Shown: positions 27,301-40,797 of the stretch, in pieces | How the letters are laid out: each line of letters begins with the position of its first letter | Position numbering within the stretch: position 1 is the first letter of the stretch | DNA from: Lepidodermella squamata | Lineage: Eukaryota > Animalia > Gastrotricha | Reading direction: 5' to 3' | NCBI GenBank assembly: GCA_047495785.1 | Contig: JBLDXI010000029.1 | Location: forward strand, 3,100,001 to 3,164,000 | Length of the DNA: 64,000 nt | The notes under the pieces: model-generated | Told to the model about the DNA's origin: nothing | What the model saw: the letters and a program-made list of their open reading frames with translations, nothing else | Database searches by the model: none | Made by a program: the position numbers and the translations under genes

Positions 27301-28477
27301 CCATTATTGGCACGCCTTTGTCCCCCGGGCATAGTTGTATACCAGTTCTCTTCTTCTATAACGGCAGTGCTACTGTTTGCATGTGAATACGGAAAGAGGA
27401 AAACGGGCTAAGAGCCGCGAAAAAAGATTGGATCAATTCTACCCTGAATGTGATGCTTGGTGCAGAAAAGTTTGAAAAATCCCAGATTTCAACGGTGTGT
27501 CTGTACGTGCAACAGCGATTTTGCGCAAAAGACGTACCACAAAAACACTTTCAAAAAAATGTTTGCAAAAACGAATTTTCCTCAATGAAAATAACATAGC
27601 AGTAGTCATGGTATAGTAATAGTAGCATTAGTAGTTAGTAGTATAAAGTATAAATCAAAATCCTGTTACTACTATATCATTTTTATAAGAGATAACGTGA
27701 CTGCGTTATATTCGTTATATGTTATTTTCATTGAGGATTGGAACTTGCTACAAACATCTCGTTTGTGCAATGTCTTTTGTGCAAGTACCAAGTAAATCAT
27801 TACAACATATAAGGATTTTCTCCGAAGATTCATTCGAGCTCATGGCCGAAATATTTTTCTTCTTAATATTCAATCTTCGCTTAATATTTTTGTTTAATTG
27901 TGTTAATGTATGCATTTTGATCTCCCCTATAAGTGGACAGTCTCTTCGGAAACATCCGCCCAGACCAAGATAATTCTATTTGATGCCGAGGAATTTTCGA
28001 TCTGAAATGCGCTATAATTAACGGCCACTAACCAAATTCAAATGTTCACACAAAAAGTAATAATCCTGTGAAGTTAAATTATCGCAAATGAAAGCTGGAG
28101 TGTGTTGTTTGTCTGTCAGAACCACCTGGAGTTTTTTACATGTCACATGATTGATAGCGCATTTTTTTCGCCCCAGAAGACGAAAGTCTATACATCATTA
28201 ACATAGTTCGTATTCATTCGAATAATCACGCGCGTAACCTTGCATCGATTTCTTGTTATTTGCTTTCACTGATATATTTCGATGAAGATTCAAAATACCT
28301 CGACAGCTTTAAATCGTTAAAGATTCCCCGTCTCAACATCACAGTTCTTAGAACCTTCGGAAGTTTCATAACGAATAAGGTAGTTGATGCGAAGTGCTTC
28401 TGACAAAAAGGCGGCACAGATATAAATTCCCGTCGAAATCGCGCTTCGGGAATAACAGTCTTCTTGAATCTTTTTCT

Positions 28478-29747
28478 ATGGCTTACTTTACTCTGACGAT
28501 TCTCGCTGCCGCCTGTGCTGCTGTTACAGCCTGCCCAGCTTCGACAACTACGACTCCGTGCCCAACTGGCTCCACTTGCTCATCGGGTCAAAGCTGTCTG
28601 AACACGGCCAACCCATGCTCCACTGGCTCTGCCTGCCAAACAACAGCAAACACCTGCGACGCCTCAACTAACAATTGCGTCGCTAAAACTGCCGATCAGT
28701 GCGCAACAAGTGGCCAGACGTGCCAGACTTCTACGGTAATTTTATGAGCATTTTGGATCGAAGTTGATCGGGTACTCAATTTCATAGCCAGCCCCATAAT
28801 CCACTATTTGCGCAACCATTTTCGATTACACGATTTTATTCGGGAAAAATAAGCTATTTCCAAAATAAACCTCCAAATAAACGCAAAAAACCCGGTGTAC
28901 ATTATCCAGCCGAAACCGATGCATCAAGTTTGAAATTTTCACCCGTACACTTTGAAGCCAGTTTTCTCAGCAACCATGAGCCGGCCTTCAAAGTGGTAAC
29001 GAAATCTCATAATGTCAGGCGTTTCGCCAAACCCCGCTTTTCACTTGAAGCTCATTTACTTTTAATTTAGAGGGATCGTGCCCGTTTTGAGTATTTTTTA
29101 TCAGTATTTACCTCGACCCTCCTCTATCGTGAAATATCTAGGCTTAATGTGCAATTTTTTTCCGCGCAGTCCTCATTCATTCAATGCAACATCGCAAGTA
29201 CCCAGGTCTCCGGTTCTGCTGCCCAGACCGATATAAAGTTTTGCATGTCAAACGGAGGAGCTTGCAACTCAATTTTGACCACAGCTGCGGCCGCTTCTCC
29301 TCCCGCTAGCTTCACGACTTTCGATTTGTGCTGCGCATCCACGACCGCAACACCTGCCAACATCAGATACGAATTGCTGCCCCAAACACCCCCTGCTTCC
29401 CCTGTGCAGGTGTGCGTCGGCGCTGCAACTAGCACTCCATACATTGTCACCAGTCCTTCTACTGATTCCGCTGGTGGCATGTGCGTCCGCTTCCCGCACA
29501 CCGCTGCTCAAAGCAGAGATCAATTGATCTCTGCTACTCTGGTGAGTTACTCTCGAAATACTACAGTTTTTGATTAAATTATGGTACCGTATTGTTACAG
29601 GCTACGAAAAATCGCGTCTACGCCTTCGCATCTTTCCACGCTTGTTGTCTTGCACTTGGCAATGCTCCGGGTGCTCAGTCGGTTGGCACAGTCGCAGCTT
29701 ATGGCTTTGCTTCCTTTGACAGATGCTTTGGAACCAACATTAGCTAA
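28478..29747 (+). CDS. Cys/Thr/Ala-rich secreted protein, family copy B; exons 28478-28735, 29170-29541, 29601-29747
   Basis: MAYFTLTILAAACAAVTACPAS; motifs IKFCM, TFDLCC, YELLPQ, CVGAA, CVRFP, SFHACC. Lacks the intron 2 seen in copies A, C, D and E. Confidence 0.85.
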
Positions 29748-30566
29748 AAGGCGTAGCAAGAAAGTAGCAACGCCTCACTGAAAAGAATAATCAACTGATT
29801 GATGTCATCAAATATCTGATAATGCGTATTCATCATCGCTTGTATTGATGCAGTTGCATAGATGAATAAATGCAGTTGATCGGACACGTTAGCACATGTA
29901 TGTGTGCCGAGATGCCTTGTCACAATTTATTTGCTTTCTTGATCGCGTGACCGAAGAAATCACTCGATTAGGGTAATAATCTGTGTACGTGAAAAGTGAG
30001 CATCTATCAACCTAAAAGGCATGGCTTCATAACAGCATAATCACGAAACAGCGAAATCTTTATAACGTTTTATAGTTTCAAACCAAGAAATAAGTGAGGG
30101 TTTATTACTGGCGAGGTACAATTGTAGGCTGTGGTAATATTTATTGGAATCTATCGTCATGAGATAAAAAATTAACTTGAAAAAGAGTTGAGAATGAAAC
30201 AACAGTCAAATGTCCCTTTCGAAGAGATCGTTTTCCTTTTTTCAATTCTTCCAGCCACATTCTTTGACGAGGTTTCAGCCTCGACGCTTTCGGGATTGCT
30301 TTCCACATAAGAGGAGAGTGTGCGATGAAAAAGTTCCAAATGAAAAAATGAAACATGTTTTGGGTTGTTCTTGGTTGGAAATGATGACAAGTCATCTCAA
30401 CTAACAGGCATTTATACTCGACAAATCAGATTTGAGCTTCGCATCAATTTAATTGAATGTTTGCTAAAACTAACTCGGAAATGCAATTAGTAATTTTCAG
30501 TCATGTGACAAGTGCAAACTATTTATTAAGAAACCAAGACACTAATTTAGACCTGAGATATTATTA

Positions 30567-30962
30567 CCGTACTGCCCGAAAATAATGCCAGCCTCGAATA
30601 AATGGCAGCCTCAAATAAATGTCAGAGGTTAGAGGTCGTTCGAAAGAATAAATGTCAGGCCCGAAATAAATGTCAGGTCAGTGGCGGGGACAATACTGAA
30701 GATCCCTAAAGAGGTATTTTAGCCATTTTGATTGGATATAATTTCTACTCTTGGCACTTAGAAAGGTCAGGGACCAATTTTTTGGGTAAACATACGTAGA
30801 ATCTCAGGGAAATGTATGCCATTTTGGTTATCTAGGCAATTACTTGTTTGTTCGGATAATTAAATGTCAGGCCCGAAATAAATGTCAGTCTCTTTTAAAT
30901 GTCAGAGGTTCATCAACGTTTGAAAAAAATAAGTGTCATGGTTTTTGTTCCGGGCAGTACGG
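30567..30962. mobile_element. Tc1/mariner-pogo-type MITE
   Basis: TIR CCGTACTGCCCG / CGGGCAGTACGG flanked by TA on both sides, with repeated internal AATAAATGTCAG subterminal motifs. Confidence 0.85.
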
Positions 30963-31074
30963 TAGTTCAATCATCGCAGGTAATTCGACGATCCAGACTC
31001 AAAATAAGACCAGCCAAAATGCTGTTAGACCATCAATTTTCCGGCTTCTCAAAACACTCCTCAAAACACTCACC

Positions 31075-32429
31075 ATGGCTGTTCTTGCCGCTGCTTGCAG
31101 CTCCGTTATCGCCTGCCCTCCGTCCACAACGACCACGCCGTGCCAGACCGTTTCCTCCGTTTGCTCTTCTGGTCAATCGTGTACTGCCGCTTCGTCTTCG
31201 TCTGGGGTAGCATCCACCCCGGAACTCAATGCCAAGGCACCCAGGCGTGCTCCACGGCGGTAATATCCATTCGCTAAATTATTGCCGTAATTTTATTTCC
31301 AAATTTAATGACACATCAAACCTTCCAATTGTGCACTGGCTCGACTTTCGGTACACCCATCTCTAAGACTGTCAAGCTATGCGTTTCTAACGGCCTGGCT
31401 TGCAGCGCCACTTTCGGCCCTAGCTCATTCACGGTAAGCAAGAGTATAGCCAATTCAAAGCAATAAATACCTTAAGTTGTGCTCAGCAAACCACTGCAAC
31501 TCCAACTGCCCCGAACACCTTCACATCATTTCCAGACTGTTGCGCCGCCGCAGCTCCAGCGGCGCCGAATGCCGCCAACATTCGCTACGACATCTTGCCG
31601 GGCCTCACAGCTGACGTAGCTCCAGCTCTGGCCTGCATCGGAACAGCGGATTCTACCCATTCAAGGTCACAGCTGCTACAGCCGACTCTAGTACAAAAAC
31701 TGCTAGCTGCGTTCGCTTCCCGCACACGTCCGTTGGTTCCACTAGTGTTGTTGCTACAGGAAGTGGAGTGGTAAGTTCCCATGTGATTCACCGTATTGAT
31801 CAATACCTAAAGATTTATTGTCATTGATAATTGTCATAACAGCCCACAGCTGGCTCAGTCGTGGTCTACACTTCGTACTTGGACTGCTGTCTCGGTCTAG
31901 GACAGCGCTTCTCAAACGGTGGGTGGTCGCGGGCCCTATTTCCGGGGGTCGCCGAGCCAGCTCGGGGTCGCGGGGGTCGCGCGATGATTCTGATAAAACT
32001 GAAAAACTACGACGATTTGATCAATTTTATGATCACTCTTGCAGAAATTTCTTCAAAAATAGCGTCAGCTAAAGCTCGCTTCGCTCGCATCCCACAATAT
32101 TTTGCTAAATACCGACCGAAAATGCAGCTAAGAACCTAATTAATGTAAAAGTTTCAAGAAATTTTCCGAAAAATGGATGCGAATTGGGTAATATTTTATT
32201 ACATTTACGTATTATTTCGGAATTTGCGGGACCTTTTCCTACACCCAAAAAGCCATAAAAAACTGAACAAAATCGATAGGGGTCACAGCCTGGTCAGAAT
32301 GTCCATTTTGGGGTCGCCAAGGGTCGGGTGTTGAGTAGCCCTGGAGCTCCCTTCAACAATGTTGTGAGGGTCGGGTTTACAAACGCCTATGGCCTCAGGT
32401 TGGAGCAATGCGAAGCCACCGCGCCGTAA
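31075..32429 (+). pseudogene. Cys-rich family copy C, pseudogene
   Basis: Homologous exons (TTTTPC, VKLCVSNG, SFPDCC, YDILP, CVRFP, YGLRLEQC) are present. There are frameshifts in exons 1 and 3, no AG acceptor before exon 2, and a MITE in the last exon. Confidence 0.75.
31903..32343. mobile_element. hAT (Charlie-like) MITE inserted in the last exon of copy C
   Basis: Ends CAGCGCTTCTCAAAC and (reverse complement) CAGGGCTACTCAACAC, inserted after GTCTAGGA. The exon resumes afterwards; the right TSD is degraded. Confidence 0.75.
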
Positions 32430-32999
32430 TAAAATTCAAACTGGAATGCATTCGTTGGTGTAGAGAAATCGAATGGTCGATTCGAGCTCATTTCCGCAGA
32501 AAATTATTGGTACACTTAGAAACCCATGAAACCCTCGAAAAATAATCCGGATCATTTCCCGCCAAGAACAAGCTAAAACATGTTTCATTTTTTTCATTTG
32601 GAACTTTTTCATCGCACACTCTCCTCTTATGTGGAAAGCAATCCCGAAAGCGTCGAGGCTGAAACCTCGTCAAAGAATGTGGCTGGAAGAATTGAAAAAA
32701 GGAAAACGATCTCTTCGAAGGGGACATTTGACTGTTGTTTCATTTTCAACTCTTTTTCAAGTTAATCTTAATCTCATGACGATAGATTCAAATAAATATT
32801 ACCACAGCCTACAATTGTACCTCGCATGTAATAAACCCTCACTTATTTCTTGGTTTGAAACTATAAAACGGTTTATGGATTTCGCTGTTTCGCCGCAATT
32901 GCTGTTTCGTGATTATGCTGTTATGAAGCCGTGCCTTTTAGGTTGATAGATGATCACTTTTCGCAGATTCACCCCTTGGACCTTCGAACAATCAAGGAG

Positions 33000-33385
33000 G
33001 ACATAAGGGTTCTTAAACATTGCTAAGTGTTCTCTTTTTATCGATGGTAGCTTTAAGGATAGGGTCGCCCGCGACCCGCGACTTAATTCTTACCCATAGA
33101 CCGGTCTCAGTTTCAGCCGTTATTCTAGCAGTTATCGATTTGCCATCCTGCCACATTTTCTTCTAAACTGGAACATCCCAAGGCAATCCACCGCGGTGCT
33201 GCAACAACTGTTCGATGGTTGCACTTTTTGGATGAATCTGCTTGTCGGGTAGTAGCCTCGAGAGCGGGTGTTCGAAACGAAGCATGCCCTGCTCTATGAA
33301 AATCCCGACCGCAGAGTCGCTATCATAGCTTTCGCGTTCGAGCCCAAGTGCCACTTGTCGGATTGCTGAACTTGAACTGTGCTGC
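33000..33385 (-). pseudogene. Truncated duplicate of the beta-lactamase-fold gene (part of exon 1 and intron)
   Basis: Matches about 43810-44200 (SDKWHLGSNAKAM, EQLLQHRGGLP, and intron sequence ggttcttaaacatt) with frameshifts and deletions. Confidence 0.85.
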
Positions 33386-33429
33386 AATAAAAAGGAAAAG
33401 CTGCTCGAAACTTCGAGGCTCTCTCAAGC

Positions 33430-33955
33430 AGAGGTCGTGAGGAAAAGCTACGGTCTTTTCGCCCTCGGTCTGTGTGAGGTCAGATGGAAAGGGATTGGAA
33501 AGAGGAACCTTGTAGAGGGGTCTGTCTTTCTCTACTTCGGGGAAGATCAGCATCAGGCGTCGGGCTGCTCCTCTCGAAAGATGCCGCTCACGCGCTGATT
33601 GACTGGATACCCGTCAGCGATCGCCTGATAGTCGCCATAGGTCCAGGGGTGGCACGGCAAGGTCACCATCATCCAGTGCTATGCCCTACAAATGTGGCGT
33701 CGGACGAAGAAAAGAAACCTTCCACGACATGCTTCAAGCGCAAGTAGAACATGTGCCAAGGCATGATCTTCTTATGGTCATGGGGGACTTGAACGCTAAA
33801 GTTGGATCAGATAATTCCGGCTACGAACAGTGCATGGGTAAGCACTCGCCGGGCAGCCGAAACGATAGCGGTGAGCGCTTCGTCGAATTTTGCGCAACCA
33901 ACGAACTGGTGATCGATGACAATTTGTTTCCGCACAAGGAGATTCACAAGCTCCA
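33430..33955 (+). mobile_element. LINE (RTE-like) AP-endonuclease fragment
   Basis: LGLCEVRW, GVGLLLS...VSDRLI, IIQCYAPTN, MGDLNAKVG, RNDSGERFVEFC, FPHKEIHK, with frameshifts. Confidence 0.88.
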
Positions 33956-34094
33956 TGTCAACCAAATACCCATGTTTTTAATTAGTTTCGGCTCATCCGC
34001 CCACGAGTCCTCCACAAAAATGAATCGAGGGGGAAAAATAATACGTCTATACACGTTATTACATTCCTTTATATGTGCGTTTCTGAGTGTTTAA

Positions 34095-34400
34095 GATATT
34101 TTCCGGATCCTGCTCAAGATCACACATTCAACATTCTTATGGCGCTCCACGAGAAGGCGCCGGACGACTTCAAGTCGATGTTAAAACTGAACGATCGCAG
34201 CCACGGCTATAACTGTCGCAATTTCGAGACAATGCTCAAACCGACCTTTACGACCGAGCGCGGCCAACTTAGCCTGTCTTACAGAGGCCCGCATTTGTGG
34301 AATGAAATGCCCTCGGTCGTTCACGACGCGCAGTCTGCAAAGGCGTGTCGCGAAGCTGCCTAGGCACATTTTTACGCCACAAAAGCCACACAACCATAGT
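34095..34400 (+). mobile_element. CR1/L2-like LINE ORF2 C-terminal fragment
   Basis: HGYNCRN...GQLSLSYRGPHLWNEMP matches the typical LINE ORF2 tail. Confidence 0.65.
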
Positions 34401-35042
34401 CAATAATTATATTCGGTTTTTTCCTCAATTTGTTGTGTCTGATTCTGTTGTTGGACTTACTACAATTGCATCGCACTTTCGAAATTTAATGTCATCTGAT
34501 TTGTCCTATGCCTCTGCACTCTGTCCTACGATTATATGTTTCTCTTTCATTCAACTTGCTAAGCTGCCCTCTTCTGGGCGATATGGCTTCTAAATAAATG
34601 AAAAATAAATAAATCAGGCACAGTGACTTCATCCTGCGATTTGTGGGGAATTAAATGATGGCAAAACGCATTTTCCGTCATGTTCTTGTCTGTTTCATAT
34701 TTGCTATTTTTTTAGGTTCGAAAAAATTAAGCCAGAAAAACTAGCCGCCGTGTCAATTTTATAAAGAAAAATATTTAAACCATTTAGGCGCATCCACTGC
34801 TAGATGGAGTCATTATTTGACGGCTCTTTAGCGTTACCTGGTGTGAGATAATAAGCCGCATCAATTTCACATTAAGCTCTTATATATCTGTCAACTATTC
34901 TATGCAGCTATTCAAACTTCTGGGCAACGTAATTAGTTTGTGTAGAAGTAAATAAAAAATACTACGAAAAATATACAATGGAGGAGCCAAGTGACGAAAT
35001 GGTAAAAGAAATTAAGGCAACCTCTTAACCGGCAAACTACTC

Positions 35043-37443
35043 AAGGAAAGCCAACAGCCAAAGCCCGGCATTAGCCGCTGCGGTTTGATTTATTTATTTT
35101 CTCCTGCCGTCCCAGAAAAGAAGTTCACTTCCCACAGATTGGACAGAAGTCGGGTCTTTGTAGATAGCCGTACTTCTCAGCATCGCTTAACTGCAATGAA
35201 CCACTTCTGCGGAGATTGTGGCGCGCGGCTGTTGCTAGAGGAGAAAGTTGCCGGTACCAAGGATGTGCCTGTCTTTTCCATGTGCTGTGGACGCGGGAAA
35301 TTTGATCTGCCGCCTTCCTCTCACCCATGCACCGACCTGATGGGGTGGCTCACTTCCACTCATCCAACCGCCGTCTCTTTCCGGCAGAGCATACGGGCTT
35401 ACAAGAACAACTTCGCATTTACTTCGATGGGTTTACAACTGGATCATAACGTGGCTAACAGTCGTTCAGGTCACTTCAACTTCCGAGTTCACGGCGAGAT
35501 GAGACATTTGTACGGCGCGTTAGAGCCGGAAGACGCAATTCCGAAATTTGCTCAGCTCTACATCTACGATTCTGATAACGAAATCAATACTCGATTAAGC
35601 CATATGCCCGACCTCAATCCAGTCATCATTTCAACGCTCAAGGAAATGATGCCCCAAGCAAACCGGTGTGCGAAGTAGGATCCGGAAGCTGAGGTGTTTT
35701 CTACTGGTTTTCTTGGACCCAGCCGAAGAAACCAACGGGTCCCCCTGCTGTTTTATCAGCCTTCCTCTGGTTGGTCCCGGAGCACCCCTGTACCGGAGCA
35801 CCCTAAATCAAACCCTTAGGTACACATTTACAAGTATGAGGCTGAATTATTGAGGAGTACAGACAACATAGCCTTGCTGTTGAAAACTGATCGTGAAGTA
35901 GATCGCCATCGCTAATATTTACCGAATGCGAAAGAGTTGGCTGTGATACTACCTGGTGCCGACTTGGACCCCGAGGCGAAATGTCGTGATATTGCTCTTC
36001 GTCTTCGAGGTGGTAATTTGAGTCAAATCAATGCGCGCAATGGGAATTACGACCCGCTACGTTATCCCCTTCTCTTTCCCCGAGGCGACCTTGGATACAC
36101 CGACGACATTGCAATCAATCATGGTTATCGTGGTAGCCACATCAGCGAGGCCTTCTTCACGCGCACATCCTTCTGATTATGACTCCAGAAGTAATTTTTT
36201 ATGACAATGTTCACATCAAATTGATTTTATTTGTGATACAGGTCATGATCAAACTTTGATATGGCACTCAGAGATCCGAAATTGCCGGTCGATGAAATCG
36301 CGAATTATCGTATCGACATCGCGGCTTTTGGGCTTTTCTCTTCACAGAGAATTTCCGGCCATTTGCTTGGTGTGCACTAGCCTAACGAGCAGCGAGCTGT
36401 ATTCGACCCTAACAATGCTAGCCCTGATCTCGCTGAGTTGGGTCGTACGAAGCTGAGAGCCTTTTCGAAATCTGCCAAACCGATCATCGTGCCAGTGTTC
36501 GAGTTGATACGCGAAGAAGCAGTATATGACCGCGAGCAGCTGAAAGCGTTTGCCCTCGAGATGACGCCTCCTGCTGAACGAAGAACAAAAGACGGCTAAG
36601 GACGAGATCGAAAATGCCGTATTTGACAATAACCAGCCTGGAGTTTTTTATGCTTCAAGCTCATGGCGGGTGCCGCAAAACATTTCTGTTCAACCTATTG
36701 CTTGCATCTGTTCGGTCACGAGGTGAAATCACCCTTGCGTGTGCTTCATCCGGAATTGCCGCCCTGCGGTCGAACAGCTCACGTCTGGTTTAAGATTCTG
36801 CTCAACGTACACGAGTGGCTTCTCCGATGGTTTAGCTGAAGGACCCGTAGCAATTGAACCCGATTCGATCACTTTACCAAAGCCAATCAACAACGTTGAC
36901 AACTTGAATGATTTGATTATCTACTCCAATCTACGGCGACTTGCCTACCCGCTACGCTGAGCCCAATTACTTGGCCGAACAGTTTCTCCTGGCTACTCGA
37001 AATGACGAGGTCAATTTGCTAAACGAGCGAATTTTGAAATATCTGCGCTGATCCAAATCTGCGTCAATTCTATCCTTCTGAGTGAATAAACACGTTCACC
37101 CCTCCAAGTCTTCCACCGGGCATGTTGGTTCTTAAAGTCGAGATTGTGCAATGGAAAGAGGCTGCGTGTTCAGCGGCTGCGACACAACGTTATTGAAGCA
37201 AAGATTCTCACCGGCGGGAACTTTTGCCCAAATTCCTCGAATTCCTTAATTGTGCAAACAAAGCGGTGATCTCCTTCAATATTTCAGATAATAAAACTCT
37301 ATTTAATGTACGTATTGGAACTCTTGCTCGGAAATAAAATGGGTAATAGCCTTCATTTGTGATGATTATATCGTCTTTTTATTAGAGCAACACAAGAGTG
37401 ATATGTAGGAGGCGTGCGAAGCATACGCCCGCGTCGTTTCTAG
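35043..37443 (+). mobile_element. Helitron remnant (Rep/PIF1 helicase fragments) with intact 3' end
   Basis: Motifs CGDCGA...CCGRGK, FRQSIRAY..FAFTSMG, PKFAQLYIYD, YDPLRYPLLFPRG, ASSGIAA and IPRIPL. A subterminal GC hairpin (about 37411-37429) precedes CTAG|T at 37440-37443. The flanks rejoin the repeat seen intact at 38460-38540. Confidence 0.9.
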
Positions 37444-39643
37444 TAATAATGAAAAAGATTAGACCGTTCCTAATTTACCCGAATCAGATCACAGTGAGTG
37501 AAACCTAGGTCGCCTGTAAGGGCGTAAAACCAGGGTTTTCCTGTCCGAGTATTTTGCTGCACGTAAAGACCACACCGAACCAGATTGCGAATAGATTCGA
37601 TCTGTTCCTTGAACAACAGTTTTCGATCGAGAATAAAGCCGTGCATGTCTCAAGTTGTAAGTTTCAAACTCGCTTGAATGGCGCGAATGTGATGTTTAAT
37701 CGGCTTAATACTCTCCTCAGAATCTTATCAACGCTTAAACAGAGGTGAACAAGGGCAATTCATAGTACTTTTGGCTTGAGAATTGTAGTGTTGTATTCAT
37801 TTTAATAAATATTGGGCAGTGCCGAAAAAATGGCAGGTCTGAATTATAAGGCAAGGGCTGCGGGTTGATTTATAAAATAAAATGACAAAGCAGAGCCTTC
37901 TGAATCGGTATAATAAGTTAGATCGGCTTGCAAACACGTTGTAGCAAAATCAAAGTGAATTGCGCCACGTGCAATTGTGCGAAGTTCAAATTTTTGAATC
38001 GAACGAACCTCGACATGGTATCACTTGTGAAAGAGCCGGTTGAGGCTTAGGCTGCAACAGTACCATGATGCGAATTTTTCCTGCGACTTTTGGGGAATTA
38101 ATTTCTAGTTTAATCTTTAATGATGGCAAAACGCCTTTTTCGCCGTGTTCTTGTCTGTTCAATATTTGCTAGTTTTTTTATGGTCGAAAAAATAAAGCCA
38201 GAAAAGCTAGCCGCCGTGTCAAATTTTACAAAAATAATATATAAACCATTTAGGCGCATCCACTGCTACCTAGAGTCATCACATGACGGCTCTTTAGCGT
38301 GAGATAATAAGCCGCATCAATTTCATATTAAGCACTATATACCTATCTGTCAACTGTTCTATACAGCTATTCAATATAACTTCTGGGCAAAGTAATTAGT
38401 TTATTTGGCAGTAAATAAAAAATACTAAGAAAAAAATATACAATGGAGAAATATGGCCAATCTCTTAACCGGCCAACCACTCTGAGCAGCCATGTATTTT
38501 TGTTTAGTGAAGAAATAATCTAAATAATGAAAAAGATTAGAAAAAACAATAAATACAGCAATTTGAGTTCATTCGATAATAGGAACATTAAATAATGGGT
38601 CCTCCTTTCATACCGGAACCAGATCACAGTGAGCGGAACCTAGGTCACCTGAAAATGGGCCTAAACCACTTTTCGGAACTTTCAAAGTAGCCATGGCTGA
38701 CCAAGATAGTTCTAAAAAAATTGCCATTGAATTCTGCGTAACTTTTAGAATCTTTGCGAGTATTACAAGTTTGGTTCTGTGACATGCAAATTTTGTTCCG
38801 CTAAACGTAACTTTGGTTCCGGTCATCAGATCATATGCGCGAAAAGAACAAGAACAGCAAAGAGAAAAACGAGATGAGAGCTTGGAAATAATGATTGAAC
38901 ACTTACTTCCAATGTAATGGTTGGCGCAGAAGATATATAAGAAAAATAAGAGAATTCAAAATTAAAGGATAACCTTCAAAGATTCATTCGAGATGGCATT
39001 AAACACACGGTGGACGGTGGACGAAAATTGATTTCTGGTTGATTATTTCTCCCTGTGGGTTTATGAATTTTGAAGAATCCTCCTAAAAGTGAACAAATCT
39101 ATCCGGAAACGTCGGTCTTGGGTCAACATTAGAGGCCCAGGAATTCTCCATTTCAAATTTGCGGCCAATAACTAGCGTTTTGTACTTATGGTTGAAATGT
39201 TCACGTCTAAAGCAACAATCCTGTGAAGTTAAATATCGCAAATGGAAGATAGAATGAGCTTTTTGTCCGAACTAGTTGGGGCATGTGACGTAGATATCCA
39301 AGTCACATGATTTGGAGTTTTTTACACGTTTCATAGTGCATTTTTTGCCCCATAAGACGAACATCTACATCATTAACAGCTTTCGTATTCATTCGAATAA
39401 TTAAGCGCCTAATCTTCTGTGGATTTCTTATTTTTTACATAGAATTACGTCTTTCGATCAAAATTCAAGAAACATCGCCAGCCTTTAAGCATTTACGATT
39501 CTCGTCCCGATGTTTAAGTTTGTAGGGCCTTTGGAAATTTCAGAGCGAATTATGGTGGTTCATGCGAAGTATGTCTGACGCAATGCGGTGCAGATATAAA
39601 TTCCCGTCAAAATAAGGCTTTATAAGTCGATTCATCTTTCCCA

Positions 39644-40797
39644 ATGGCGTACCTTACCCTGACGATTCTTGCTGCCGCCTGTGCTGCTGTCACAGCCTGC
39701 CCACCATCGACGACTACAACCCCGTGCCCAACGAGTGCTTCCGCCTGCCCGTCTGGACAAAGCTGCTTGACCGCGTCCACCCAATGCCCCACTGGCTCTG
39801 CCTGCCAAACGACTGCTGATACATGCAGCTCAGCATACAACAATTGCGTCGCTAAAACGGCCAATCAGTGCGCAACAAATGACCAGACTTGCCAGTCTGC
39901 GGTAATTTTATTTGCGATTTTGTTGGAAGTTGATCGGGTACTCCACATCATGCTAGTTTCATAATTTGCGCACCCATTTCTCGAGTTTTCGATTTTATTC
40001 GGGAAAAATTATCTTTTTCCAACCTCCAACCTCCAAATTTGCGCCTCCTCCTACTTGCCTCCTACTTGCCAGTCTGGGGATAGCTGCCTGAACACGGCCT
40101 TATCGGCGATATGATCGAAAACTTTCTCGACTATTATATTGAATTTCCCTCTATAGGCTAGCTACCAATTGTGCACAATGACGACACAAGGGACTGGTAG
40201 TGAACTAGCTCAAACCGTCAAATTTTGCCACAACGTCGCCGGAGCTTCGTGTACGGCTTATCTGACAGTAACACCTCCTGCTGCGGTAATTGTTTCACTA
40301 ACTCATCGAAACCCAATATCGATTTTTGTGGCTGTAGGCTTCCGCCGACACGCCAAACAGCTTCACCACATTTGCTGCGTGCTGCGCAGCCACGCAGACA
40401 CCTGCTAACGCTGCCTTCATCAAGTACGAAGTCCTGCCACAGCCGGCGAGAAATGCTCCTGGCATTTTTACCTGCATCGGCGCAACTGACGCGACTCCTT
40501 ACAAAATTACTGGCGCGACTGCTGGAGCAACGGCTGGCGATTGCGTTCGCTTCCCCAACACGGCTAGCTCTGCTAGTAACGTGGTTCTAACTAGCGGTTT
40601 GGTGAGAGCAGGCGTTTTGTTGCTGATCTAAGGTATAATTATTGATTTTACAGACCCTATCCGGATCGATGACATATAGCATGTCTACATTCGCGGCTTG
40701 CTGCTTTTATCTCGGCACCGCAGCCGTCAGATATACTCCTAGCATAGCCTCCGCATACGGCTTATTATTGGAAAGATGCGCCGCCTCCAATACATAA
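39644..40797 (+). CDS. Cys/Thr/Ala-rich secreted protein, family copy D; exons 39644-39901, 40157-40285, 40338-40601, 40654-40797
   Basis: Open spliced frame. Exon 1 resembles copy B; exons 2-4 resemble copy A. Confidence 0.85.

Larger units (their letters stand above)
29991..32962. repeat. Pair of ~400-bp inverted repeats (29991-30385 and 32551-32962) flanking copy C
   Basis: The two blocks are near-exact reverse complements. The ORF track shows the same peptides on opposite strands. Confidence 0.9.

Noticed and set aside
30141-30404. ORFs duplicated at 32488-32946
   Set aside because: They are by-products of the non-coding inverted repeat; the frames differ between copies.
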